A stretch of DNA of 64,000 bases, from NCBI RefSeq assembly GCF_009914755.1, contig NC_060927.1. One strand, 5' to 3'. A model generated the notes under the pieces. That model was given only the letters and a program-made list of their open reading frames with translations, ran no database searches and was not told where the DNA came from. How positions within the stretch are numbered: position 1 is the stretch's first letter; every line of letters starts with the position of its first letter. Below are positions 50,034 through 62,289 of this stretch, in pieces. The position numbers were made by a program, and so were the translations under genes. The DNA is from the human T2T-CHM13v2.0 reference genome, Homo sapiens.

Positions 50034-51071
50034 TTCTTTCTTTAATGCTCTTTTTAAAAAAATGTTGATCCAGGTTTCAGTTATATATCTTTTGTTTCCC
50101 TAAAGAATTTCATTTAACATTTCTTGCAAGACAGGTCTCCTGGCAACAAGTTTCTTGAATTTTTATTTTTCTGAGGAAGGCCTTAATTCTCCTTCACTTT
50201 TGAAGGGTGGTTTCAGTGGGTACAGAAACTTAGGTTGGTGGGTTTTTTCTGTCAACATTTTGAATTTTTCATTTCACTGTCTTCTTACTTTCACAGTTTC
50301 TGAAATGTTGAATGCAGTTCTTATCTTTGTGTCTCTGTAGGTAAGGTGTTTTCTGCCCCACCTCTGGTTTCTTTCAGAGTTTTCCTTTATCTTTTATTTC
50401 ATATAGTTTGAAAATTATATGTCCAAGTGTAGGTTGTTGGTATTTATTCTGCCTGGTGTTCTCAGAGCTTCCTGGATCTTTGGTTTGGTGTCTGACATTA
50501 ATACTGGAAGTTCTCAGACATGGTTGTTGCAGAACTTTCTTCTATTTCTTCTCCTCTTGGTATTCTCATTACTGTTTCACCTTTTGTAGTTGTCCCACAG
50601 TCTTGAATATCATCTTCTGTTCTTTTCAGTGTTTCTTTTCTTTAGTTTTTGAAGTTTCTGATGATAAATCCTCAAGCTCAGAGATTTTTACTCAGCTGAG
50701 TCCAGTCTACTAATAAGCCATCAGAGGTATTCTTCAGTTATTTACCACGTTTTTCATCACTACATTATGTTGAAAGTTCTTACGATGTCTGTCTTTCTCA
50801 TTACATTACCCATCTACACTTGAATACTGTCTACTTCATTCATTAGGCCCTTAGCATATTCTCCAGAGGTTTAAAAAAAAATTCCAAGATCATATCTTTG
50901 TTTGCTTCTGAAGCTTCCTCTGTTGACACAAATTGTATTTTTTTCTTTTTTTGGATTTTAGTATGCCTTGCAATTTTTTCCCTTTATTCTGATGCATGAA
51001 GTACCCACTAAAAGTGACTGCTGTTAGTATAGCTTCAGTAATGAGGTGATGAGGTGACAGGGCAGGTGATG

Positions 51072-51208
51072 CTCTCTTAGTCTCTTTAGGCTACTATTAC
51101 AAAATACTTCAGACTGAGTAATTCATAAACAACAGAGATTATTGTTCACAGATCTGGAGGCTGGAAAGTACAAGACTAAAGGGCCAGGATATTTGGTGTT
51201 TGGTGAAG
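51072..51208. mobile_element. Truncated MaLR LTR end (MLT1A-like)
   Basis: TCTTAGTC..GGCTACTATTACAAAATAC..TCTGGAGGCTGGAAAGTACAAGA. Confidence 0.7.
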
Positions 51209-52665
51209 GTCAAACATTCAGACACTCTCAACGACTATAGCGACAGCAGCAGTCTTCAGGAATCCTATGTGAGGGACAAACACTCAGAAGCCAGCTGGAG
51301 TGTTCTAGAATCCTATGTGAGGGCCAAACATTCAGACCCCAGCAGTAGTGTTGTGGAATCCTATGTGAGGGACAAACTTTCAAACCCTTGTAGCAGTGTT
51401 CTGGAATGCTATGTGAGGGACAAACATTCAGACCACGGGAGCAGTGTTCTGGAATTCTATGTGAAGGACAAACATTAAGACTCTCATAGCAGTGTCCTGG
51501 AATCATATGTGAGGGACAACCATTCAGACACCAGCAGAAGTGTTCTGGAATCCTAGGTGTGGGAAAAACATTCAGAACCTAGTAGCAGTGTTCTGGAATC
51601 CTATGTGAGGGACATACATTCAGACCACGGCAGCAGTGTTCTGGAATGGTATGTGAAGGACAAACATTCAGACCCTTGTAGCAGTGTTCCAGAATTTTAT
51701 GTGAGGGACAAACATTCAGACCACAGCAGCAGTGTTCTGGAATCCTATATGACGGACCAACATGCAGACCCTTGCAACAGTGTTCTGGAATACTAGGTGA
51801 GGGAAAAATATTCACACCCTTGTAGCAGTGTTCTGGAATTCTATGTGACTGACAAACATTCAGACTCCAGCAGCAGTGTTCTGTAATCCTATGTGAGGGA
51901 CAAACATTCAGACCCCAAGAGCAGTGTTCTGAAATCCTATGTTAAGGGAAACATTGAGACCCCAGCATGAATGTTCTGGAATCCTATGTGAGGGACAAAC
52001 ATTCAGACCACGGCAGGAGTGTTCTGGAATCCTATGTGAGGAACAAACATTCAGACCACAGCAGGAGTGTTCTGGAATCCTATATGAGGTATAAGCATTC
52101 AGACCCTCATAGCAGTGTTCTGGAATCCTATGTGAGGGAGAAGCATTCAGAGCACAGCAGGAGTGCTCTGGAATCCTATGTTAGGGACAAACATTCAGAA
52201 CCTCGTAACATTGTGCTGGAAACCTATGTGAGGGACAGACATTTAGACCCTCGCAGCAGTGTTCTGGAATCCCATGTAAGGGTCAAACATTCAGATCCTC
52301 GCAGCAGTGTTCTGGAATTCTATGTGAGTGACAAACATTCAGACTCCAGCAGCAGTGTTCTGTATTCCTATGAGAAGGACAAACATTCAGAATCCAGGAG
52401 CAGTGTTTTGAAATCATATGTTAAGGGCAAACATACAGACCCTAGCATCAATATTCTAGAATCATATGTGAGGGACATACATTCAGACCCTCACAGCAGT
52501 GTTCTGGAATCCTAGATGGGGGACAAACATTCAGACCCCAGCAGCAGACTTCTGGAATCCTATGTGGAGGACAAACATTCAGACAATGGCAGCAGTGTTC
52601 TGGAATCCTATGTGAGGGACAAACACTCAGAGCCTTGTAGCAGTGTTCTGGAATCCTATGTGAGT
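51205..52665. repeat. CER 48-bp centromeric satellite, ~30 units
   Basis: Unit AAACATTCAGACCnnnGnAGCAGTGTTCTGGAATCCTATGTGAGGGAC. Confidence 0.93.
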
Positions 52666-53009
52666 GAGAGTGCCTGGAGCCTACCCAACCTGACGCCCCC
52701 AAAGACCTCACAGGGTCTGACCTCCCAGCATGCACCTGCCTCTCCCTGAACCCCAACTGCCCACCCTGCCTGTTCCCCAGCCTCCTCCATCCTGTGCAGC
52801 CCATAGACTGTGACCATCTCTCCAGCCACTCTGGCCCTTCCTTTACCTTTGTCCTGTCAGAATCTCTGAGCAGGATCTCCCAGGTCCATCCAAATATGTG
52901 CTTTGTCCACTTTTGACTAGGCCCTTGGGCATCACTGGGCTATCCCAGCTGTCCACAGGGCCTTCAATAATGCACATTGCACCTGGCTTATCCAAGCAGT
53001 GCTCAGCAG

Positions 53010-53915
53010 CCCACATTGACCAGGTCCCTGCTGACCAGACCCCGCACATCAGGTCCTCCCTGACAACACCCTCACTGATTAGAACCTCATGACCAGGCCC
53101 CACTAACAAGGCCCCCACTGCCAGGCACACAATGACAGGGACTCCACTGACCAGGACCTTACTGACAAGGCCTCACTGACAAGGCTTCACGGACCAAGTC
53201 CTTACTGACAAGTCCTCACTGACTAGGTCATTATTGACAAGGCCTCACTGATCAGGTTCCACTGATCATGAACTCATTCCCTGGCCCAAAGATGAGGCCC
53301 CACTGACCAGGCCTCCAGGGAACAGGTTGCCACTGATCAGGCCCCTAATAACGAGGCCTTATGTCATCAGATGCCCCTGACTGGGACCCTAGTGAGTAGA
53401 CCCCACTGAACCGGCACCAAATGCTGAGATTCCCGCTGACCAAGTCACCCTGTAGACCGGTGCTACAAAAGTCACCACTGACCAAGTCCTCTCTGACCAG
53501 GACACTACAGATTAGGTCCCGCCGACAAGGCTGCCCTGACCAGGGCCCCACTGACAAGGGCCTCACTGATGAGGACACGCCCACCAGGGTCTGCTGACTA
53601 GGTCCCATGTGCCCAGTCCTCCACTGAATAGCACCCCTTGACCTGGTCACCAGTGCCCCAGCCCATGCTGACCAGGCCAGCACTAACCCCAGCTGACCAG
53701 GTCTCCACTGATCAAGCCCCACAGCCCAGGTTTGCACTGACCAGACACCAAACAACTGGCAGCCAATAGGTCCCCACTCACCAAAACCCCCACTACTAGA
53801 CCCCACTAATGAGACCCTCTCTAAGCAGACCCCTGCTGACCACTATCCCACTAAATAGTCCTCACTGACCTAGGTCCACTGACCAGGCCCACACTGATCA
53901 GGACCCTCCTAACCA
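53010..53915. repeat. Degenerate short-period (~16-18 bp) CCCACTGACCAGG repeat tract 1
   Basis: Dozens of CACTGACCAGG / CACTGACAAGG / CACTGATCAGG variants. Confidence 0.85.
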
Positions 53916-53929
53916 CACTGGAAATCCAA

Positions 53930-55050
53930 GCGGCAATGACATGTTTCATATGGCAGAAGTTGGAACAAGACAGAGAGAGGAAAGAGGTTCCACAGCCTTT
54001 TAAACTACTAGATCTCTTGAGAACTCACTCACTATCAGGAGGATGGCATTAAGGGCTTGGTGCTTTGCCATTTGTGAAGGATCCACTCCCACTCCTTTAT
54101 GATTAAAGCTTTTTCCACCTAGGCCCCGACTCTAACATTAGGGAGTGTACTTTCACATGAGCTTTGGAAGGGGCATAGAGAAAAACCGTATTATTCTGTC
54201 CCTGACCCCACAAATCTCATGTCCTTCTCACATTGCAAGATACAGTCATGCCTTGCCAGCAGTCTCCCAAAGTCTTAACTCATTTCAGCATTAACTCAAA
54301 GTTACAAAGTGCAAAGTCTCATCTGGGTCAAGGCTACATTCTCTTTTGCCTACAAGTCTCTGAAATAAAAAGCAAGTTCACTGCGTCTAAGGTACAATGA
54401 TGGTACAGGCATTGTGTAAGCTTTCCATATCCAAAAGAGAGACATTTTCCAGAAAGCTTCTTATTTTTATCTGAGGCCCCCTCAGCCTGGCCTTCACTGT
54501 CCATGTTTTTGTCAGCATTCTTGTCACAGCCATTTAACCAGTCTCTAAGATGATCCAAAAATGTTCTCATCTGCCTGTCTTCTTTGGAGCCCTCCAAACT
54601 CTTCCAACCTCTACCCATTACCCAGTTCCGAAGTTGCTTCCACATTTTTAGGTATCTTTATAGCAGTGCTCCAGTCCTCATTTGCCATTTTTGGTAAGAT
54701 TTATCTTGAAAAAGAGGTTTAATTGGCTCATGGTTCTGCAGAGTGGACAGGAAGCTTAGTGCTTCTGCTTCTGGGGGGCCTCAGAAATCTTTCAATCATT
54801 GTGCAAGGTAATGAAAGAGTGAATTGTCTCACATGGCAAGAGGAAATCACGGAGAGTAGGGAGTGATATAGAGTTTTCAGTGGCCAGATCTCACGAGAAG
54901 TCACTCATGATTGTGAGGACAGTACCAAGGGGATGGTGCTGAACCACTCATGAGAAATTTGCCTTCATGATTCAATCACCTTATACCAGGATCCACCTCC
55001 AACATTAGGAAGCATAATTCAACAAGAGATTTGGTGGGGACACATATTCG
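53930..55050. mobile_element. MaLR (MST/THE1-like) LTR and internal remnants
   Basis: GAGAACTCACTCACTATCA, CAGCAGTCTCCCAAAGTCTTAACTCATT, AAAGAGGTTTAATTGGCTCATGG, GAGATTTGGTGGGGACACA. Confidence 0.75.
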
Positions 55051-56217
55051 AATTGCCTCATCAGTCTTTGAGTATAAAGACATCCATAGCAGGCTTTATC
55101 CAGCCAGCTTCTTTGGGATTCTTTATAGGGTTTCAGATCTATAGGATATCCACTAAAATATTCCTACTTCAAAAGGCAATAAAGTAAGTGGTATTATCAT
55201 TCTTCAAAAAGTTATAATGGTAGTGTAGGCATTCATAGTATGATTTAGTTCATTTGCTACTGTTTCTATTCTATCACCATATTAACACTTTCGTACACAA
55301 TTCTATATTCAGCTGGGTTTCAGTTGAGCACAAAGTCATCCTTGTACTACCACCGATAGCTGGCACCAGCTCTTTGATACTGTTATCATTCTGCTGTAGA
55401 AAGTACCCGTGAACTGGAAAAAGTCCACACTCGAATAGCTAGTCATTCAACACTATCAAATTTTAGGTGACTTTTTGAAAAAATAGTATCTCTTGTTGCA
55501 AGAAATGCTCCATCTGTGATTTCAAGTCTCTCACTTGAGTGAATTGGATGGAAGTGGTGAATTTCAGCCAAAGTGGCCAAAGAAATCCTGTTCCTGTGAT
55601 AATGACTCCATCAGCCTCTGCACCTCTGTCTTCCCTTCTGCCACATGTTGTCTGTTCTCCGTGACTTTGGTAAGAGCTTCCTTGTGTATGTGAATGATGT
55701 CCAGGATGTTTGTCTTGTGTCCCTGAGACAGCACTAACAGGTCCATGGCTGGGTCCAGGTCCTTCCTGGACTGACTGGCAAAGAGCTCACTGACAGAGTG
55801 GAAGGCATCTATACTGAAGTGGATGGCCTGGTCCAGCTCCAAGGCCTGGCTGAGGCTGAAGAAGAACTGTCAGGCTTCTGATGCTCTTTCTCAAAGCCTG
55901 CCACCACTCATTGGCTGTGAAGTTGACCTGAGTGCCCTGTTGTCCATCTTCTTGGTGAAGCACTTGAAGCCATCAATCTTGCTCTCCCACTCCTAAAAGT
56001 TGAGTGTCACACTGGGGGTGGGCTCAGGGCCAGGAAGAATCTGGCACTCACCATCTCATCCTTCTCAGCCTTCCTCTTGCCCTGTCTCCAGGCTATCTCT
56101 TCAGTGCTGGTGGGGCACATCAGGAAGTGACAAAAAATGTGGCACTGCACCTGCATCCAGAAGCTGGCTGTGTGGTTCATCTACAAGATTGGGCCCTTTC
56201 TGCACTTGAACATAGAT
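55050..56217 (-). pseudogene. SNX18P: SNX18 processed pseudogene fragment (end of PX, BAR domain, probable 3'UTR)
   Basis: Minus translation [70 protein letters not shown]; stops and frameshifts; specific paralog number unknown. Confidence 0.85.
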
Positions 56218-56377
56218 CCACTTCACCATAGATGCCTTCCACACTGTCAGTGAGCTCTTTGCCCATCAGCCCAGGCAGGATCTGGACCCAGTCATGGACA
56301 TGTTAGTGCTGTCTCAGGGACACCAGGTCAACATTCTGGACATCATCCACGTACACAAGGAAGCTCTTACCAGAGTC
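56218..56377 (+). pseudogene. Inverted duplicate of the SNX18 BAR fragment
   Basis: HFTIDAFHTVSELFAHQPRQDLDPVMDMLVLSQGHQVNILDIIHVHKEALTRV; reverse complement of ~55662-55823. Confidence 0.85.
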
Positions 56378-57500
56378 CTCCTCAAGATGGCCTGTGGTCT
56401 GCCTCTTGGCACCCGAGAAGCCCACAGTGCTGTAGAAGCCCCGATGCTTGGACTGCAGCCCCAAAGGCGGCACACACCCCAGTTCTGAGCCTGCTGCTCA
56501 TTTCCTCTATGTGGCTCCATTTGCAGCACATTTGTTGCACTGAGACCTGTGCATGCCAGGCAAAGCCAAGCTGGCTCAAAGAGCAACCACCCACCTCTGC
56601 AAGGGTGTGCCAGGAGCCAGTGGACCAGCCACCAACGTCACTCCCTGCCAGTCAGGGTAAATCAGTTATTCTGCCCTGGAGGTGGAGCCCCAGTGCCATC
56701 TGCTTTTCCTCAGGCCTCCACTCCATCAGCTATCAGGTGGTGGTCACTCAGACTGTGGGAAACTGGCCATCCCTGTTTCCTTGAGTGCGTGAGGTTGGTG
56801 ACTGCTCCACCTGCTACTGGCATACCCTTGCAGAGGTGGCTGGTTCCTCTTTGAGCCAGCTTGGCCTTGCCTGGTATGCACCGGCCCCAGGTACTGAGAA
56901 GCTGCTCCGAGTAAGTTTGTCTTGGGCCAAATTCTAAGTCTGGCCAGGGCCACAGAAGGCCGAGTCCCCTGGGTGGTAATCCTGGCTGCTGCAGGGGGGC
57001 CCATGGTCCCCCTCCCCTCCCAGGGCTCAGGATGAGGTCCGACTGGGACAGGATGCTTTAGGTATGGGACTTGTGCCCCAGGAGGGGACCTCTGTCACAC
57101 ACGTTGGGTGAGAATATGTATGGCATGCTGCTGGCTGCCAGGGCTGTTGGGATGCACGTTCACCCTTCCCTTCAGGGACCTCAAAGTGACCAGCTTCCCC
57201 TTTATGAGTGACTTCCCAAGGCCCAGGAGCCATTTGGGGCTGCAGAGCAGCTGGCTGCATGCTGCCCTGGCTTCTTCCATGTTGTGCTGGTCACTACCTA
57301 CCAAGGGGTGTCAGATGCAGGCACAATGTAGGACGATTGTCTCTGGGCCTGTGTCTTGGTTATCATGGAGCTAGACTGGGCCTGGTGACAGGGCCCTGAT
57401 GGGGTTGTCCTGTGTGGTCACGGAGGTGATCAGAAAAGATGCAGAATGGAATTGCTGCGAGGATGAATGAGATGACTGTCAGCACATAACAGGCAGCTGG
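56378..57500. repeat. REP522-like palindromic pericentromeric repeat
   Basis: Inverted arms 56549-56643 and 56783-56881; name from recalled association with SNX18 pseudogenes; boundaries uncertain. Confidence 0.5.
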
Positions 57501-57833
57501 TGAGTGTTCAGGGATTACCCTCAGTAGCTGCCCAGAGACCAAAACCATCCACCTGATAGTGACTTTTCCCAAGCCAGAAGGAAGAGAAAAGAGCAGGTCC
57601 CACTCACCTGAATCTGATCAGTGAGCTGTGTTGAGATGTGCCTCTCATCTAGAAAATGGTCCTTCACGCAGAGCTACTCACAGACACTGCTGTGTGTCTC
57701 TAACTGCTCCACAACACAGAGGCGATGGGGACTCAGCAACAGTGACATTGTGGGGTGACACAACCCACCACCATGGGAGTCTGCTTGGGTCAACAGGGCC
57801 CAGAGTCAGTGTCCTCTATCCCCTGAACTGACA

Positions 57834-57900
57834 TGTGTGTATGCAGTGTATTTGTGTATGCATATGTGCCTGTGTGTGTGTGAGTGTGTATGTGTGTGTT
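57834..57900. repeat. Imperfect (TG)n microsatellite
   Basis: TGTGTG runs with interruptions. Confidence 0.85.
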
Positions 57901-58254
57901 TGTCTTGCTTCTCTGGACAGGCCTAGCTTCTCCACTCATGGGTGCACCCAGCTCCTCATCACTGTCACCTTAGAGCATTAGAGCCTCTATAGGTGCTCCC
58001 CAATCTCTGCCCTCCCCACCCATGGTGGTCCTGGGGATGCAGACAGAGGAGGGGCACTGCATAATGCTGAGAGGGCTGGCACCCTCTCTAGGTGGAACAC
58101 AGGTCATTTGTAAAGTTGTAGGTCTGCCAAGCAGTATTGGATTCAACACATCTTCTCACCTTCTCTTTCCAGCCACCCTCCAGGGTGCCCAGACTCACTT
58201 TCCCTGCAGATGGAGGCAAGGAGGCTCCACAGACAACCCCCCTGCCTGAGGTCA

Positions 58255-58880
58255 CATAGTGGCCAGCAGGCCAGGTACTGACAAACTGCCCCTGACCAGG
58301 TTCCCAGTGATGAGTGATGAGACCCCTAATGACCACTCCTCCATTGACCAGGTCCCACTGATCAAGTCCCCACTGACCATGTCTTCCTAACCAGGCCCAC
58401 ACTTAATAGGCCTCATGGGCCAGACCCCACTGACCAATTTTCCACTGACCTGGTCCCCATTGACAAGACAGGGTTCCCACTGACAAGACCACAATTTACC
58501 AGGTTGCTGCTCAACCGACCCCCCACTGAACAATTCTCCATGAACGAGTACCCAGCTGACTGAGCCCCCTCTGACCAGGCCCTCACTGACCAGGCTCCAA
58601 GCCACTAAGGCCCCACACTGACCAGGCCCGTGATATATTGTGTATGCCCCACCAACCAGTTTTTCATTGTTTATGTTCCAACAGATCAGGCCCCACTAAT
58701 AAAGCCACCACTGACTAGGTCCCCCCACTGACCAGGCTTCCAATGACTAGGTCACCAGGTCCCCACTGATGAGGCCTTTACTGAGGAGGCCGCCACTAAC
58801 CAGGCCCCTGCTGATCAGGTCCCAAATGACCAGGTCCTGATGACCAGGTCATCTCTGACCATGGTCCACTGACCAGGCCC
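58255..58880. repeat. Degenerate CCCACTGACCAGG repeat tract 2
   Basis: Same motif family and orientation as 53010-53915. Confidence 0.85.
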
Positions 58881-60529
58881 CGGAGCAACGGGGTTCAAAG
58901 TCTCATTACAATGTCCCCCTCAGCTCATAGACCCTCCCTCCCTGCATGTGTGCCCAGAGGTCAGGCCCTGGGGTTTTTTTTTGGGACGTGGCCTTTCCTC
59001 CAAGACACAGGGAGAGACAGTTGGCCTCAGGCTCCAGGTTCCCAGCTCCACACTCACCCCAAAGGCCCTCTGGGCCCGTCTCAAAGGAGAAAGTGAGGTG
59101 GCCTGACACTGCCTGGACACACCATCTACCCTATTCCTGAGTGTCAGGGTGTGAGGAAGGGAGGGACATTTGGCAGATAAGACACGCTGTGCTGTTGGGT
59201 CTCTCAGGGCCCTTCCCACAGAGCCCCGATCTAAAGACAGAACACAGAGGCTACAGGAAGACTAATCCAGAACCTCTGAGACAGCCAGGGACCACATGAG
59301 GACTCTCCCCAGACAGCCAGAAGGCCCTTTGCTAGTTTCTTGGTACTTCAGTGGATGTGGCAGTGGTTCTTCTGTTGGGGACCAGTGAGTACACACTGGG
59401 GAGGGCTCACCTGTGCTTCCTCAGTGGCTCCACCTCTGCTTCTAAAAAAATGACTCATTCCAGAGCTGGCGCAGAGAAAATACAAGCTGAGCTTAGAACA
59501 TCTTCTGCCAGAAAGTAAAAAAGTGCCGACAGAGTAATGGAGACAAATCAAAGAGACATAAAGTCAGCTTGGAACGTCTACTACTGGCCTAATCTTGGGG
59601 AATTGGAGCATCAGAATCATGAGCTTTCCTTCTCCCTTATTTATTGGTTTTATTTCTCCATGTAGAACAAAGAAGAGAATAAGAAAATAATCATCTGGTA
59701 ACCATCATAGTAATAATTGTTCAAACACAAGTCATCCATGAAATGCTAAATCTAGTGGGTTCTGAGGAGTAACCAGATATTTACAGAGCCTCAAAGTATC
59801 TCCATACAAAATACGGTTGAACTACAAAAAGAAAATTGTAACATTAGCATGGACAAACCTGGCAGGTACTCCTTAACTCTCCTAAGTAATAAAAACTGTA
59901 AAATGCAAATAAGCCTTCGATGACCTTTACTAACCTTTACTAAAGTATCAGTGATGACTTGGTTGTTTAAACAGCTGACATTTGGGCAATTTGAGTATGT
60001 CAAACTCAATAATACTGGTTTTCATTTGCAAGATCCACTTAAAACTTAAGGAGGCCAAAAAACATCATTTAAAATACCCTATAAATTATAATCATACATA
60101 TGATACAAAAATATCCTACTTCAGTAAATATTGGAATGTTATATATTTTATGAGAAACAATTAAAATGTGTAAATAGCCCAGTAATAAAGTTTTATAATC
60201 TTTTAAATCATCATAGAATTTTTTCTTAAGACTTTATGGTTAAATATTCTCTTCATTAGATGTGGCTTACCCGTGGATTCTAGAGAAGAAAGTAGATGGG
60301 AGCAAGTGTCCAATACAGCAACAGCTGGAAAGAAAAATAAAGAATTTTGTTCTTTACCTAAAACACTTCAGTTAACTAAGTGTGAGTTTAAAAACTAAAG
60401 ACTTGAGAACTTTATCAGAGTTAATAAGAATGAGAAATATGTATGTACATTTACAATACAAAATTACCATTTAATAATTTACACATGGCATTAATTCTAA
60501 TTGTGTTTAAATATCAGAACTTTTTCAGT

Positions 60530-61030
60530 CTTCATTCATGTAATCAACAGCCACATGCTAAGGTACTAGAACCAGCACTGGAATTACAAGATGAAGATGG
60601 CATGGTCCACCTCTCAACAGTCATAAGCTATAACCTAAAAAACAGACAGGCAGGCAATGTCCATATAGAGTCATAGATACCATGACAGGTATACAGCAGG
60701 GCACTACTGGAACACAGAGAAGGGACATCTACCCACTTTTATGTCAATATCATGGGCTTTCTGGTGGAGGAGATAACATAGGTTGATACCTGAAGGACAA
60801 GGAAAAGCTTCCCAGATAGAGGAAAGAGGCAAAGGCAAAGAGCCTGAGGTGAGGAAGAGCCCTGCAGAGTTCCACTCCATCCAGTTTGGTGCTAGAGCAA
60901 AGGGCAGAGTGCAGTAAGTGGTGAGAAACAAGGCTGAGTAACTTGGCAAGAATTACATTGACATGGGTGTTTTTATTTCATGGTGAAAAATTTGGAACTT
61001 TTCCTGAGAACAAGTGTAAGCTAATGACAC
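60530..61030. mobile_element. Probable L2 fragment
   Basis: TTCATTCA..CCAGCACTGGAATTACAAGATGAA..GGTCC pattern and purine-rich body. Confidence 0.4.
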
Positions 61031-61842
61031 AGTAAATTAGAGGAGATTTAAAATGTCACCTGTCAAGTGACTGCTTATGAAGGGTTATTGCTCAGCTAAG
61101 TATTTCTGAATGAGTCTTAGGTCTGTTGGCCTTCAATCTCTACCGAAACCCTGAGAACTTGATGATGCTTTTGTTTTCTGAGAATCGTTTCAGTGTGCTG
61201 GCTGACAGTTCCATGAGGATGGCAAAACTTAAGAAACTGTAGAGCCAGTGAAAAAGAGATGCACAGACTTCTTGGGAACTGTTTAAGCTTAGGAACATGA
61301 TGAATTTATGGTGCATAAGTACAGTCTTCTCTGTGAAAGTTTTTGTTTTCACATCTTTCATTAGATGTGTGTAAGAAAAAAATATTGATGTAGTATCTAC
61401 TAACCCAAGAATGAAAAGGAATGCCATTTGCTATTTACACTTTATTTCTAAAATAAACCTAAATTTAATTAATAAATTTTGTCAACGTACTTCTCTTTGT
61501 TTCTCTAATTATTTATTCTACACAGTCCAGCCCCATCTAAAATAAGTAAAAATAATAATAATGTCTAAATTAAACAAGAAACATTATCATGAAAATCATG
61601 TATCACTTACAAAATGTGGCCTTTAGTATTTTTAGTGACTAGACATAACTTGAAGTTTGCTTAAATAGAAAAATAATCACATAAATAAAATAAAATTTCT
61701 ACTTATTTTAAGTTTAGATAACAGAGGATGTATATGTGTAATGCTGTTTAGAGTAATCTGACAAAAATGCAGTTAATATTGATCTATTGCATATACATGA
61801 TTTTAGAAAGGTAGTGTTTTATTAGTACAAAGGTTAAACAAT

Positions 61843-62142
<300 letters not shown>

Positions 62143-62289
62143 TTAAGTAATTAAAGCCATCTTTTGCAATGAATGCATTGCTTTGAAATTCTTAGAAAAC
62201 TCTGCCCTTTATAAAAGTTTAATCCATTTTTTACTTCAATAAATTTTATCTTAAAAAGAAATTTCTGTTCTCTACTTATAGTAAACTTT

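Larger units (their letters stand above)
49160..51040 (-). mobile_element. Ancient L1M (L1MD-like) fragment
   Basis: TCTGACAATCTCT..TTTGAATTGG and TCTCCTTCACTTTTGAAGG..CTAGGTTGG patterns. Confidence 0.55.

Noticed and set aside
51200-52749. ORFs with 16-aa repeats (SSVLESYVRDKHSD), up to 182 aa, superficially zinc-finger-like
   Set aside because: Direct consequence of the 48-bp CER unit being a multiple of three; frequent stops, no C2H2 spacing, no gene structure.
53345-53806. 153-aa ORF rich in LVSG/GL motifs
   Set aside because: Antisense translation of the CACTGACCAGG tract.
55564-55842. 92-aa SNX18-like ORF as a functional gene
   Set aside because: Surrounded by stops, frameshifts and deletions; SH3 and most of PX are absent.
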